Program-made: the position numbers and the translations under genes
Notes under the pieces: model-generated
What the model was told of the DNA's origin: nothing
Seen by the model: only the letters and a program-made list of their open reading frames with translations
Database searches by the model: none
Virus record (IMG/VR): IMGVR_UViG_3300037692_000066
Location: 1 to 46,609 of that record
DNA from: a virus
Taxonomy: Duplodnaviria; Caudoviricetes
Reading direction: 5' to 3' (one strand)
Length of the DNA stretch: 46,609 nucleotides
Shown here: in pieces, positions 35,967-45,335 of the stretch
Layout: the number at the start of each line of letters is the position of its first letter
Numbering within the stretch: the stretch's first letter is position 1

Positions 35967-36929
35967 ATGGAAAATCAAATCACCCTCGTACAATTACCAA
36001 TAATAAATCACCAGCTCAGTATAGTTGGCGAAATGGTAGAAAAAAGACTTAAGGACCTGAATATTGATGGTCAAGTAGTAACCGAAGAAACAATAAAGAC
36101 AATTAAAGAGCTTCGGGCGACCTTAAATAAAGAATTTGAGGAGTATGAAAAACAGCGCAAAGAAGTAAAAAAAGCCGTAAACACTCCATATAATGCTCTT
36201 GAGATTGCGTACAAAGAACAAATCACAGGCAAATATGAGCCAGCAATTCAGTCTTTAGGACTTAAAATTACCGAGTTTGAAACTAAACTAAAAGAAGAAA
36301 AAAAAGCTGAAGTAGTTAAGTATTTTAATGAGTTATGTTCTACTGAAAAAATCGACTTCATTACTTTTGATAAAGTTGGAATTGAAATTACTCTTTCAGC
36401 TTCCATGAAATCCTATAAGGATAAATGTAATGAGTTCTTGTTTAAGATAGCTGACGACCTCGCATTAATCGCATCAGAACAATACGAGGCAGAAATACTA
36501 ACCGAGTACAAAAAGAGCTTAAACGCCTCTAAATCCATTATAGACGTAAAAAACCGAAAAGAGGCGGAAAAAAAAGAACGTGACCGGATTAAATTTCAAG
36601 AAACGCAAAGGCGTGAAATTATGCTTAATAAACTTGGGTTTCATTTGGACGATCAAACAAAAACATATAACTGGGTAAATGATTCGAGTTTGCTAATTAC
36701 TTTTCAAGATGTTTCAGATTTAAGTAAAGATGGTTTTGAAAAGAAAATATTTGAATTTGAGTTTAAGACAAATCCAAAAGCTGAAACATTAGAAGCCCCA
36801 AAAGTAGAGCCTATAAAAGTAGCTCCTAAAATATTGACAGCTCAATTTGAAGTGCAAGGAACTTACGAGCAGTTAAAATCACTTAACGAGTATATCAAAG
36901 AAATTGGTTTAACCTATAAAAATTTATAA
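35967..36929 (+). CDS. DUF1351-like coiled-coil protein
   Basis: 'VTEETIKTIKELRATLNK...RKEVKK...PY'; sits upstream of recT. Confidence 0.75.
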   Translation: MENQITLVQLPIINHQLSIVGEMVEKRLKDLNIDGQVVTEETIKTIKELRATLNKEFEEYEKQRKEVKKAVNTPYNALEIAYKEQITGKYEPAIQSLGLKITEFETKLKEEKKAEVVKYFNELCSTEKIDFITFDKVGIEITLSASMKSYKDKCNEFLFKIADDLALIASEQYEAEILTEYKKSLNASKSIIDVKNRKEAEKKERDRIKFQETQRREIMLNKLGFHLDDQTKTYNWVNDSSLLITFQDVSDLSKDGFEKKIFEFEFKTNPKAETLEAPKVEPIKVAPKILTAQFEVQGTYEQLKSLNEYIKEIGLTYKNL

Positions 36930-36931
36930 AA

Positions 36932-37705
36932 ATGAGTACGGAAATCGCACGTTTTGAACCGCAAAACATCAGAAATGAAGTAGTAAAACAAATGGAAGAT
37001 ATGCAAGCATCCAAGTTCGTAAAATTGCCGGAAGACTTTAAAGAAAGTGCATTTTTTGCCATTGAAAAACTAGCAAGCTTAGAAGACATTGAAAAAGTGC
37101 CGGCCATTGGAATAACAAAGGCGTTAATTACCATGTTTTCCAATAAGTTAGATTTTAGAAAAAATCACTGCTACTTTTTTGTTCAAAATGACAAAAACAC
37201 CGGAAAATCTCTACGTTTCGGATGGCGGTATCAAGGGCTTATTTCAGTCGCTAAATTACAATGTGATGTGGATGATGTAATCCCATGTCTAGTTTATGAA
37301 GGTGATGTTTTTGAATCTCACTATGAATATGGGGCCTTAATTATCGACAAACATACGCCTACTTTTGAGGGTAAAATTAAAGGTGGTTATTGTGTTGTTT
37401 CGTTCACCAATAAATCAATTTTAGTAAAGTATTATACTAAGGCAGAACTTGACATGCGCCGTGAAAAATCAAAGGCAAAATCAGGCAGTTTTTGGGCGTG
37501 GGAACGTGAAATGTACGAAAAAACATTAATTAATGCAACCTTAAAAAGAATCATAGAAACAAGCCCGGACATAGAGGCCTCTAATCTTTATGATGAACCG
37601 GAGGCTATCGAACATAGGCAAATTGTCGACACTGAAGTAATCCAACAGGACGAGCCGGAAAGCAAGACCGTGGGGCAGCCTTCTGAAAAATTTGAAATGA
37701 AATGA
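36932..37705 (+). CDS. recT: RecT/Red-beta-like ssDNA annealing protein
   Basis: 'KNHCYF', 'YQG', 'VYEGDVF', 'IKGGYC', 'W...EMYEKTLI', acidic tail. Confidence 0.85.
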   Translation: MSTEIARFEPQNIRNEVVKQMEDMQASKFVKLPEDFKESAFFAIEKLASLEDIEKVPAIGITKALITMFSNKLDFRKNHCYFFVQNDKNTGKSLRFGWRYQGLISVAKLQCDVDDVIPCLVYEGDVFESHYEYGALIIDKHTPTFEGKIKGGYCVVSFTNKSILVKYYTKAELDMRREKSKAKSGSFWAWEREMYEKTLINATLKRIIETSPDIEASNLYDEPEAIEHRQIVDTEVIQQDEPESKTVGQPSEKFEMK

Positions 37706-38310
37706 TAAACATATTAGCATCATCGAGTAAGGGTAACTGCGTAATTTATAGCAATGAAATTATGGTAGATTGCGGAGTCCATTTCTCGACCGTTAAAGAG
37801 GTATTGCCGGATTTAAAGATATTATTGCTTTCTCATTCGCATTCAGACCATATCAACATTTCAACTATCAAAAAAATGCAGCTAGAAAAACCGTCTTTAA
37901 GGATTGGATGCTGTGAGTGGATGGTTCCTTTTTTAACCGGAGTGCGAAATATAGATGTGTATGAAATCGGAGTGCTTTATAATTATGTAAGTTTTCAAAT
38001 AAGTCCAATTCAGCTATTCCACGACATAAAAAATTGTGGCTATAGGATATTTAAAGATGGGGCAAAGATACTCCACGCAACGGATACGGCACATTTAGCT
38101 GGTATTTCAGCATTTAATTATGATTTATACGCACTTGAAGCTAACTACGACGAAGAAACAATACAAGAAACAATCAGACAAAAAGAACTAAGAGGCGAAT
38201 TTGCACACGAAAGAGGCGCAATTAACAGCCATCTATCAGAGCAACAATGTGGGGATTTCTTTTTTGAGAATAAAGGCGAAAACTCTAAACTAATACGACT
38301 GCATGAATAA
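37702..38310 (+). CDS. MBL-fold metallo-hydrolase (nuclease)
   Basis: SSSKGNC, DCG, HSHSDH, HD, ATDT, EANY and SHLS motifs. Confidence 0.88.
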   Translation: MINILASSSKGNCVIYSNEIMVDCGVHFSTVKEVLPDLKILLLSHSHSDHINISTIKKMQLEKPSLRIGCCEWMVPFLTGVRNIDVYEIGVLYNYVSFQISPIQLFHDIKNCGYRIFKDGAKILHATDTAHLAGISAFNYDLYALEANYDEETIQETIRQKELRGEFAHERGAINSHLSEQQCGDFFFENKGENSKLIRLHE

Positions 38311-38713
38311 TCTAGTAACACCATTTGACAAGCTTATATTAGAGGCTGGGGAAATCCAAAGAATCTTAGAACTACCGATAATCGCAGACGACGTCAACGA
38401 GGTCGTGCAAAAAGGCTCTTTATTGGTAGAATATCAATCGAGAAGCGGTAAAATGCTTGCAGACGCAAAATATCACCTAAATAATAAAATGAAGTCAGAA
38501 GTTTTAGAAATAATGAGAAAGCTTTTAGGCAAAGGATTTTCAGCACAAGCACAAAACGCCTTAGTTCATTCAATTGCTAAAGACGAAAGAATGTTAGTTG
38601 ACTGGCTAGATAGGATAAATTCAGCTTGTACGCATCAAATTGACTGGTGCAGAACATTAATTTCAAAAGCTAAAGAAGAAATGAAAATGGCAGGATATTT
38701 TAATAATCAATAA
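38303..38713 (+). CDS. Hypothetical helical protein
   Basis: 136-aa ORF in the recombination module. Confidence 0.7.
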   Translation: MNNLVTPFDKLILEAGEIQRILELPIIADDVNEVVQKGSLLVEYQSRSGKMLADAKYHLNNKMKSEVLEIMRKLLGKGFSAQAQNALVHSIAKDERMLVDWLDRINSACTHQIDWCRTLISKAKEEMKMAGYFNNQ

Positions 38714-38715
38714 TT

Positions 38716-39309
38716 ATGAAACGCCCACAAACAAACCTACAGGAAAAATGGCTTCCTATTATAGGATATGAAGGGCTGTATGAAATAAGCAATATGGGAA
38801 AAGTTAAATCTTTGCCAAAACAAATAAAACTACCAAATTCAATATCGCTTTTAAAAGAAAGAATATTAATGGGCGCATGTGGCAAAAAATCAGGATATTT
38901 AACAGTAAAGCTCAGTAAAAATTCCATAACAAAAACATATTACATACACAAATTAGTTTCATATCATTTTATTGGAATATGTCCAAATAAATATGTTGTA
39001 AATCATATTGACGGAAATAGGAAAAATAACTCATTGTTGAATCTTGAATATGTTACATCAAGAGAAAATAATACAATTTGTAAGTTGAAATATTCTAGTT
39101 GCGAAAGTTCATTTGGTGTAACAAAAAGAAGAGGAAAATACGAAGCGTATATTTCAAGCAATGGAAAATGGCATTATCTGGGATTGCATATTCAGAAAGA
39201 AATAGCCGAAATAGCCTATAAATTAGCAGTAGATGTAATTAATAAAAACGGAGATATAACAAAAGAACAAGCAAAATGTATTTATAAAAAACTAACGGAT
39301 GAAAAATAA
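38716..39309 (+). CDS. NUMOD4-HNH(-AP2) homing endonuclease
   Basis: 'EKWLPIIGYEGLYEISNMGKVKS', 'VNHIDGNRKNN...NLEYVTSREN', AP2-like 'GV...YEAYI...YLG'. Confidence 0.9.
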   Translation: MKRPQTNLQEKWLPIIGYEGLYEISNMGKVKSLPKQIKLPNSISLLKERILMGACGKKSGYLTVKLSKNSITKTYYIHKLVSYHFIGICPNKYVVNHIDGNRKNNSLLNLEYVTSRENNTICKLKYSSCESSFGVTKRRGKYEAYISSNGKWHYLGLHIQKEIAEIAYKLAVDVINKNGDITKEQAKCIYKKLTDEK

Positions 39310-39478
39310 ACTACCGTATTATGCAGGAAAATGCGCTCTTGGAATTTGGGGCGTGTACCAAAGATTTGACACTTACGTTAAATTAATAGTCAACTCAAGA
39401 TCCGAACAAGAAGCAAAAGACACCGCCTATAAATGGAATGGCGAGTATTTCAAGAAACAAAAAGAACTAAACAAATAA
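39299..39478 (+). CDS. Hypothetical protein (59 aa, not in the ORF track)
   Basis: MKNKLPYYAGKC..., fills the gap after the HNH gene. Confidence 0.5.
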   Translation: MKNKLPYYAGKCALGIWGVYQRFDTYVKLIVNSRSEQEAKDTAYKWNGEYFKKQKELNK

Positions 39479-39482
39479 AATT

Positions 39483-39635
39483 ATGAAAAGAGCAAACATT
39501 TTCAATCATAGCGACCAAGTCCATTTAATACCATCTTTCAATATTGTGTTTGAAAGATGCAATAAAATAAGATTTTTAACGCTAGACATTAATTTTTTAA
39601 ACAAAACAGCTTATTTAACAATAAAACTTCGATGA
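39483..39635 (+). CDS. Hypothetical protein (50 aa, not in the ORF track)
   Basis: MKRANIFNH..., ATGA overlap with the next gene. Confidence 0.5.
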   Translation: MKRANIFNHSDQVHLIPSFNIVFERCNKIRFLTLDINFLNKTAYLTIKLR

Positions 39636-39937
39636 AAGACCAACTAGAAAAAGCCAAAGAAAAAGGATTTAGCGTCCAAGAAGTCGCTGAAAAAATAGGA
39701 GTTATGTATTTGCTTTCATGTAAAATGGAAGAAATAAACTCGGAGTTGTGCGACTATCTCAAAGAATATAGCATGGTTAATAGCTTTAGAAATGACATTT
39801 ACGCCTTAAATCGTGATTTTAAGTCATTCAGAGAGGGGGTTGTTCGACTAATTGACGAGAAGGGCAAAGAAAACCTATTCAAAGAGTATGACAAATTAAG
39901 CGAACTAATCGACAACCACATAAAAGAAAACAAATGA
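39632..39937 (+). CDS. Hypothetical protein
   Basis: 101-aa ORF with ATGA overlaps. Confidence 0.7.
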   Translation: MKDQLEKAKEKGFSVQEVAEKIGVMYLLSCKMEEINSELCDYLKEYSMVNSFRNDIYALNRDFKSFREGVVRLIDEKGKENLFKEYDKLSELIDNHIKENK

Positions 39938-40026
39938 AAACAAATCTAGCAGTTTGGCTAACAATAGCCGCAGGAATGATATTTGGAGTTTATGTTTGGA
40001 TCCAAGTTATTTTGTTTTGGATATGA
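39934..40026 (+). CDS. 30-aa single-TM peptide
   Basis: MKTNLAVWLTIAAGMIFGVYVWIQVILFWI, ATGA overlaps at both ends. Confidence 0.55.
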   Translation: MKTNLAVWLTIAAGMIFGVYVWIQVILFWI

Positions 40027-40340
40027 AAAAAAGGTCCGACAAACAAAAGCTCAAAGATGCAGAAATAGCAAGGATTAAAAAAGAGCTAATAGAAGAAAAC
40101 GGATATAGATGTGAGTTAAGCCGTACTTATTCGGAAAAATTAGATTTGTGCCATATCTTACCGAAGTCAATATTTCCTGAATTTTATTTGTGCAAATGGA
40201 ATATGTTTCTAGCTAAAAGAGAATGGCATAATGAGTTCGACAATCGGCTGGAATATCGCCAATTACAGATACACTTATTTACCCGTGCTTTTGAACATGC
40301 TCCTGTAGAAAGTAAAAGATATTTTAGATTTAACAAATAA
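40023..40340 (+). CDS. HNH-like (NinG/Ref-type) nuclease
   Basis: 'RCELS...LDLCHILPKS.FPE...WN...WHNEFD'. Confidence 0.55.
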   Translation: MKKRSDKQKLKDAEIARIKKELIEENGYRCELSRTYSEKLDLCHILPKSIFPEFYLCKWNMFLAKREWHNEFDNRLEYRQLQIHLFTRAFEHAPVESKRYFRFNK

Positions 40341-40344
40341 AATT

Positions 40345-40779
40345 ATGAAAGAAGAACTCCAAAAAATAGTAAAAATATGCTGTGATGCTTTGAAAGTTGA
40401 TGAATTGCAGTATTATTCAGAATCACGAAAACAAGAAGTAGTTGATTGCAGGCACATATCGAAAAAACTGTGTAGCGAAGTCTGCAAAAACACTTCTGAA
40501 ATATCAAGAATATTAGACTCCGACCACGCAACGGTAATTCACTCTATAAAAAAATATAACGAATTGCACGAAACAAACGGATGCTTCAGAAAAAAAGCAG
40601 AAAAGTGCAGATTGGCGATAAATATCAATAAAGAGCTTTCCGACCCCATAAACCCATACAACGCATTTATAATGCTGATTGCCATGATTGACGGAAATCA
40701 TTCCTTGGCGGACATTAAATGCAATGTACAAGCTTGCAAAAATTCAATTAATTATTTAACAGGTAGTAAAATTTATTAA
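40345..40779 (+). CDS. DnaA domain IV-like HTH protein
   Basis: 'SESRKQEVVDCRHI...EISRIL.SDHATVIHSIKK'. Confidence 0.8.
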   Translation: MKEELQKIVKICCDALKVDELQYYSESRKQEVVDCRHISKKLCSEVCKNTSEISRILDSDHATVIHSIKKYNELHETNGCFRKKAEKCRLAININKELSDPINPYNAFIMLIAMIDGNHSLADIKCNVQACKNSINYLTGSKIY

Positions 40780-40780
40780 G

Positions 40781-42961
40781 ATGGAATATAACGACTTTAT
40801 AAAGAGCAAAGAAAAAAGTATCATTTTAAGTGGATTTGATATTGAAGAAAACAAACTTAATTCCATGCTTTTTGATTTTCAAAAGTTTACAGTTAAGAGA
40901 GCTTTAAAGGCTGGTAAGTATGCTATTTTTGCTGATACTGGTCAAGGTAAAACACCTATGCAACTAGAGATTGCAAATCAAGTATATTTACATACTAAAA
41001 AAGAAGTGCTTATATTAGCTCCTTTGGCTGTAACTGGGCAAACAATAGAACAAGGAATTAAGTTTAATGTAGATATTCAAAGATTAAAAGGCAATATTCA
41101 AATCGCTAACTACGAACAAATAGATAATATAGATTGTGATAAATACGGCTGTATTATTTTAGATGAAAGTTCAGTATTAAAAAATGAAACTGGCAAATAT
41201 AGAAATTTACTTATTGAAAGATTTAAAAATGCGCCCTACAAGTTTTGTTTTTCTGCAACACCAAGCCCAAACGACCCTATGGAGTTGGGCAATCATTCTG
41301 AATTTTTAGATATTATGGGATTCAATGAAATGCTTGCAATGTTCTTTGTACATGATGCAGGAGAAACTCAAAAATGGAGATTAAAAGGTCATGCAGTTAA
41401 TAAGTTTTATGAATTTGTATCAACTTGGGCTATAATGTATTCACACCCAAAAGATATTGGTTTTGATATGAAAGGTTTTGATTTGCCACCTTTAGAAATA
41501 ATTGAAAAACAAGTATCAACAGAACTCCCACAAGGCATGCTATTTTCGGGGCTTGCAGTAAATGCAACCGATTATAATTCGAGCCTTAGAGAAACAGAAA
41601 AGGAACGAATACAACAAACTATTGAAATAGTTAATTCAATAGGAAAAGATGAACCTATTATTATATGGACTAAGCAAAACGATGAGGCTAAGAATATTTA
41701 TAATCAGCTAAAAGAATTAGGATATGACTGTAGAAATGTTCAAGGTTCTGATTCAAATGATAAAAAAGAAAGTGATTTATTAGGGTTCGGAAAAAATGAG
41801 TTTCAAATTCTTATTACAAAACAATCAATAGCAAGCCAGGGGCTTAATTATCAAAATTGCGCTTATCAAATATTTAATTCAGTAGATTTTAGTTTTGAGC
41901 AAAGTTATCAAGCTATGAGGCGTTCATGGCGTTTCGGACAAAAAAGGAAAGTAACATGTTATATGATAACTACCGATAGAATGATTAATGTAATTAAGAT
42001 ACAACAAGACAAACACCTATCTTTTAAAACAATGCAAACAGAAATGACAAAAGCAGTTAATAAAAACCTTAATAATCAAATAACTAATTATATGACAAAT
42101 TCAGAAGATGTAAAAACAGAAAACTATCATTTAATGCGTGGGGATTGTGTTGAAAAGTCAAAGGAACTTGCTGATAATTCAGCAGATTTAGTTGTATTTT
42201 CTCCACCATTTAGCGAACTATATACATATTCTAGTCATGTTGAGGATATGGGTAATTCACTTAATTACGACCAATTCGAGCAACATTTTAAATACCTTAT
42301 TCCAGAATTAAAACGGGTGCTTAAAGACGGTCGTATTTGTGCCATTCATTGCATGGATTTACCAATACAAAAGGGAAAAGAAGGATATATTGGTTTGCGT
42401 GATTTCTCTGGCATGCTTATTAAATGGTTTCAAGATTGCGGATTTATTTATCATTCAAGAGCTACAATTTGGAAAGACCCAGTTATTGAAATGCAAAGAA
42501 CAAAGGCATTAGGTTTACTACATAAACAAGTAAAAAAAGACAGCTCCATGTCAAGAGTTGGAATACCTGACTATATTTTATTTTTCAGAAACGAAGGAGA
42601 TAACCAGGTACCAATTACTAATATAAATATACCAGTTGATTTATGGCAAAAGATAGCTAGTCCGGTTTGGTATGATATTAATTATTCAAGAACACTTAAT
42701 TATCGTGAAGGTAGAGCAAATGAAGACGAGAAGCATATTTGCCCTTTACAATTAGATACTATTGAAAGATGTATATTACTTTATTCAAACGAAGGAGAAA
42801 CAGTATTTAGTCCTTTTGGGGGTATTGGGTCAGAAGGTTATCAAGCTCTTAAAATGGGTCGCAAAAGTATATCTATTGAGTTAAAAGAAAGCTACTTTGA
42901 ATTAAATAAACGTAATCATAATTCAGCAGAAGAAGAAAAAGGACAATTGCAATTGTTTTAA
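40781..42961 (+). CDS. SF2/SNF2-like helicase fused to N4/N6 DNA methyltransferase
   Basis: DTGQGKT, LDES, SATP, GLN and RSWRFGQ helicase motifs, then FSPPF, HICPLQL and PFGGIGS methyltransferase motifs. Confidence 0.92.
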   Translation: MEYNDFIKSKEKSIILSGFDIEENKLNSMLFDFQKFTVKRALKAGKYAIFADTGQGKTPMQLEIANQVYLHTKKEVLILAPLAVTGQTIEQGIKFNVDIQRLKGNIQIANYEQIDNIDCDKYGCIILDESSVLKNETGKYRNLLIERFKNAPYKFCFSATPSPNDPMELGNHSEFLDIMGFNEMLAMFFVHDAGETQKWRLKGHAVNKFYEFVSTWAIMYSHPKDIGFDMKGFDLPPLEIIEKQVSTELPQGMLFSGLAVNATDYNSSLRETEKERIQQTIEIVNSIGKDEPIIIWTKQNDEAKNIYNQLKELGYDCRNVQGSDSNDKKESDLLGFGKNEFQILITKQSIASQGLNYQNCAYQIFNSVDFSFEQSYQAMRRSWRFGQKRKVTCYMITTDRMINVIKIQQDKHLSFKTMQTEMTKAVNKNLNNQITNYMTNSEDVKTENYHLMRGDCVEKSKELADNSADLVVFSPPFSELYTYSSHVEDMGNSLNYDQFEQHFKYLIPELKRVLKDGRICAIHCMDLPIQKGKEGYIGLRDFSGMLIKWFQDCGFIYHSRATIWKDPVIEMQRTKALGLLHKQVKKDSSMSRVGIPDYILFFRNEGDNQVPITNINIPVDLWQKIASPVWYDINYSRTLNYREGRANEDEKHICPLQLDTIERCILLYSNEGETVFSPFGGIGSEGYQALKMGRKSISIELKESYFELNKRNHNSAEEEKGQLQLF

Positions 42962-42991
42962 TTTCCCTATTGTTTTTCAAAAAACATTTTC

Positions 42992-42999
42992 TATATTTG
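42992..42999 (+). promoter_or_regulatory. Bacteroidota -7 box upstream of a structured leader
   Basis: TATATTTG with upstream TTG at about 42970. Confidence 0.6.
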
Positions 43000-43009
43000 C
43001 ATTCAACAT

Positions 43010-43152
43010 ACAGCAACCACCTCTTAACAATGTGCGCTTAGTTGCTGTTTTTTTCTAAAATACTGGAAGCTACGTATGAGGTAGCGAGTTTAAATATTAA
43101 AGCCCCCGACGGCCCGTTACTCATACTAGCGGTTTTGCTGTTGGGGGTTTTT
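43010..43152 (+). ncRNA. Structured RNA leader: three hairpins, two with complementary loops
   Basis: ACAGCAAC/GTTGCTGT plus T-run; GCTAC-[GTATGAG]-GTAGC; AGCCCCCGACGGC..CCGTTA-[CTCATAC]-TAGCGG..GCTGTTGGGGGTT plus T-run. Confidence 0.65.
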
Positions 43153-43182
43153 GCGTTTTATTGACCGGCTGATGTTAATTTA

Positions 43183-43205
43183 GTTGGTAACAAAATGTTA
43201 CCAAC
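43183..43205. promoter_or_regulatory. Perfect 10-bp inverted repeat, candidate operator
   Basis: GTTGGTAACA-AAA-TGTTACCAAC. Confidence 0.45.
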
Positions 43206-43256
43206 AAATCATTAAAAAATAACCGTTTATATTTATGTAAATAATAAAAGTATTTA

Positions 43257-43264
43257 TATATTTG
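43257..43264 (+). promoter_or_regulatory. -7 box for the Bro-N gene
   Basis: TATATTTG 16 bp before the ATG at 43281. Confidence 0.55.
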
Positions 43265-43280
43265 TAAAAACATTATTAAA

Positions 43281-44048
43281 ATGAAAATAGAAAGATTTAC
43301 AAAAAACGAATTTAGCACGCTTACGACAATTACAAATGAAAAAAACGGTGTTGTTATGTTTGTTGGAAAAGAAATTGCCGATATGTGGGGACATACAAAT
43401 CTTACTCAAGCAATTAAATCGGCTCACTTAAATAGTGACGAGTATAAAAAAATAATTTTATCAAAATACCCGGAATTTAAGAATCAACTGACTAATTCTA
43501 ATTTAGTCGGTGGGAGGTCTTCTAGTATAACTCTTTTAACAGAGAGTGGAATGTATAAACTTGCGCTTGCTTCAAATTTAGAAAAAGCGAAGCCATTCAG
43601 AGATTGGGTTACAAGTGAAATACTCCCATCCATAAGAAAACATGGATATTATTCAATAGCCGACCAGTCAAATGCTGTTATGATACACACAAACGTATCA
43701 ATACAAAAAAACAACAGTAAGGATATTAACGCTAAAAATATGATTGAAAGCGGACTTGAAAAAGTAATCGAATATAATCGAGAAAGTTGTTTGTTGCATA
43801 CCGGAAAAACACCAAAAGACATTAAAGAACTTGGAAAACAAATAGGGCTTCCATCAACTCAAAGAACAAGTGCAAAAGAAGTTTTAAGACACACAAAACC
43901 TGAATTAGCGTGCGCTATGAGTTTTACCGATTCTCTTGTTAAAAAAGGGTTTGATTTAAAAACTGTTTCTGAATTATCACTTAAATCAGCAGTTCCATTA
44001 TTTCAAGGAATGATTGAGCTTGGGATTAAACCGAAAGAATTAGAATAG
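43281..44048 (+). CDS. Bro-N domain protein (antirepressor-like)
   Basis: 'FVGKEIA..WG', 'LLTESGMYKLAL.S...AKPFRDWVTSEILPSIRKHGYY'. Confidence 0.88.
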   Translation: MKIERFTKNEFSTLTTITNEKNGVVMFVGKEIADMWGHTNLTQAIKSAHLNSDEYKKIILSKYPEFKNQLTNSNLVGGRSSSITLLTESGMYKLALASNLEKAKPFRDWVTSEILPSIRKHGYYSIADQSNAVMIHTNVSIQKNNSKDINAKNMIESGLEKVIEYNRESCLLHTGKTPKDIKELGKQIGLPSTQRTSAKEVLRHTKPELACAMSFTDSLVKKGFDLKTVSELSLKSAVPLFQGMIELGIKPKELE

Positions 44049-44866
44049 TGGCTAAAGATAAAAAATCATTCATTCTATATGCCGAATTGCTTCAAACTTT
44101 TGAAGAGTTGAGCAACGAAGAGGCTGGAATTTTAATCAAGCATATACTTAGATATGTGAATGATTTAAACCCAGACGCACCAGATAGGCTAACAAAATTA
44201 TTGTTCACCCCGATAAAAAACACGCTAAAAAGAGATTTGGTAAAATACGAAGAAACAAAATCAATAAAAAGTACATCCGGTAAACTTGGAAACTTAAAAC
44301 GCTGGAATTTAGATTTATATGATAAAGTTATTTCAAAAGAATTAACAATTGAAGAGGCTGAAAATGTCGCAAAAAATCGCATATGCGATAATCGTATCGC
44401 AAACGTCGCTGTAAATGATAATGTAAATGTAAATGTAAATGATAATGATAATGAATATAAGAAAAAATACTTATCTGAAATTAAAATTTCAGATTACCCC
44501 GAATTAAATAAATCTTATTTTGATATTTCTATATCATTTCAAGAACTATTTAAAAATAATCTCAAAGAAGCTGGAGCCTCAACTTCTAAAATAGAAAAAG
44601 CAAAAGGAATATGGGTTGATGATATTAGAATGATAATTGAAATTGACAAATACACGGTTGAAGATTTACAGCAGGCATATAAATTTCTCCAAGTAAACGA
44701 ATTTTGGAAAAAGAATATTTTAAGCACGGCGAAGCTTCGTGAAAAAATGGATAAAATAAAACTAGAACTTAAAAATTCAAATGGATCAAAACAAAAACAT
44801 ACAACAGACGACATCCAGGCAATTGTCAAAGCAGGGGCAGCACTCGCCGCAGCGCGTGAAAGTTGA
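44048..44866 (+). CDS. Replication initiator-like protein (DUF6291-type N-terminus)
   Basis: 'KKSFILY...LSNEEAG.LIK.I..Y', NDNVNVNV linker, C-terminal 'FWKKNILSTAKLREK'. Confidence 0.75.
   Translation: MAKDKKSFILYAELLQTFEELSNEEAGILIKHILRYVNDLNPDAPDRLTKLLFTPIKNTLKRDLVKYEETKSIKSTSGKLGNLKRWNLDLYDKVISKELTIEEAENVAKNRICDNRIANVAVNDNVNVNVNDNDNEYKKKYLSEIKISDYPELNKSYFDISISFQELFKNNLKEAGASTSKIEKAKGIWVDDIRMIIEIDKYTVEDLQQAYKFLQVNEFWKKNILSTAKLREKMDKIKLELKNSNGSKQKHTTDDIQAIVKAGAALAAARES
44366..44455. repeat. Candidate replication origin within the rep gene
   Basis: Five RTCGC/GCGAT units (44366-44409) followed by tandem GTAAAT/GATAAT hexamers. Confidence 0.45.
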
Positions 44867-45224
44867 AGATGGATTTGAAATTAGCATTTATTCAGGAGAA
44901 TTACCAACAGAAATACAACTCAATCAAGCAGTCGGAAAGTTAATAGTAGCTTTTCCAAAGATGAGTAAAGAATTTTTTATTTTATTATCTGAATATTTGA
45001 TAAAAGAAAATTTCACAAGCGAAAGGCTTAGAGATGCTGTTGATAAGGTTATATGTAATTTTCAATACAAAGAACTAAATATCTCTGATGTAATAGCATT
45101 CGACAAAAGAATTAAATTATACACATGGAATGATGTCTATAAATTAGCAGGAAAATTCCCCTCCCCTGATTTTAAACTTTACGACAAAGAAAGAAGATTA
45201 TACGCAAAAATAACAGACTTATGA
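44781..45224 (+). CDS. Hypothetical protein (helicase-loader position)
   Basis: Follows the rep gene, 'KLIVAFP...FTSERLRDAV'. Confidence 0.6.
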   Translation: MDQNKNIQQTTSRQLSKQGQHSPQRVKVEDGFEISIYSGELPTEIQLNQAVGKLIVAFPKMSKEFFILLSEYLIKENFTSERLRDAVDKVICNFQYKELNISDVIAFDKRIKLYTWNDVYKLAGKFPSPDFKLYDKERRLYAKITDL

Positions 45225-45325
45225 AAACAATTCAAGAAGAACAAAGAAGATTTGAGGCTTTTGCAAGATTTGTAAAACTGGTTTTAATTATTGCAATACT
45301 TGTTATTTTATTTTTAATATTTTAA
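45221..45325 (+). CDS. 34-aa single-TM peptide
   Basis: MKTIQEEQRRFEAFARFVKLVLIIAILVILFLIF, ATGA overlap. Confidence 0.5.
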   Translation: MKTIQEEQRRFEAFARFVKLVLIIAILVILFLIF

Positions 45326-45335
45326 TCAAAAAACC

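Noticed and set aside
39954-40022. Longer start for the HNH-like gene
   Set aside because: This region is better explained by the 30-aa TM peptide at 39934-40026, which has ATGA overlaps at both ends.
43183-43205. GGTAAC...GTTACC palindrome as another cassette site
   Set aside because: It lacks the inner TAT/ATA arms and has no matching cassette end.
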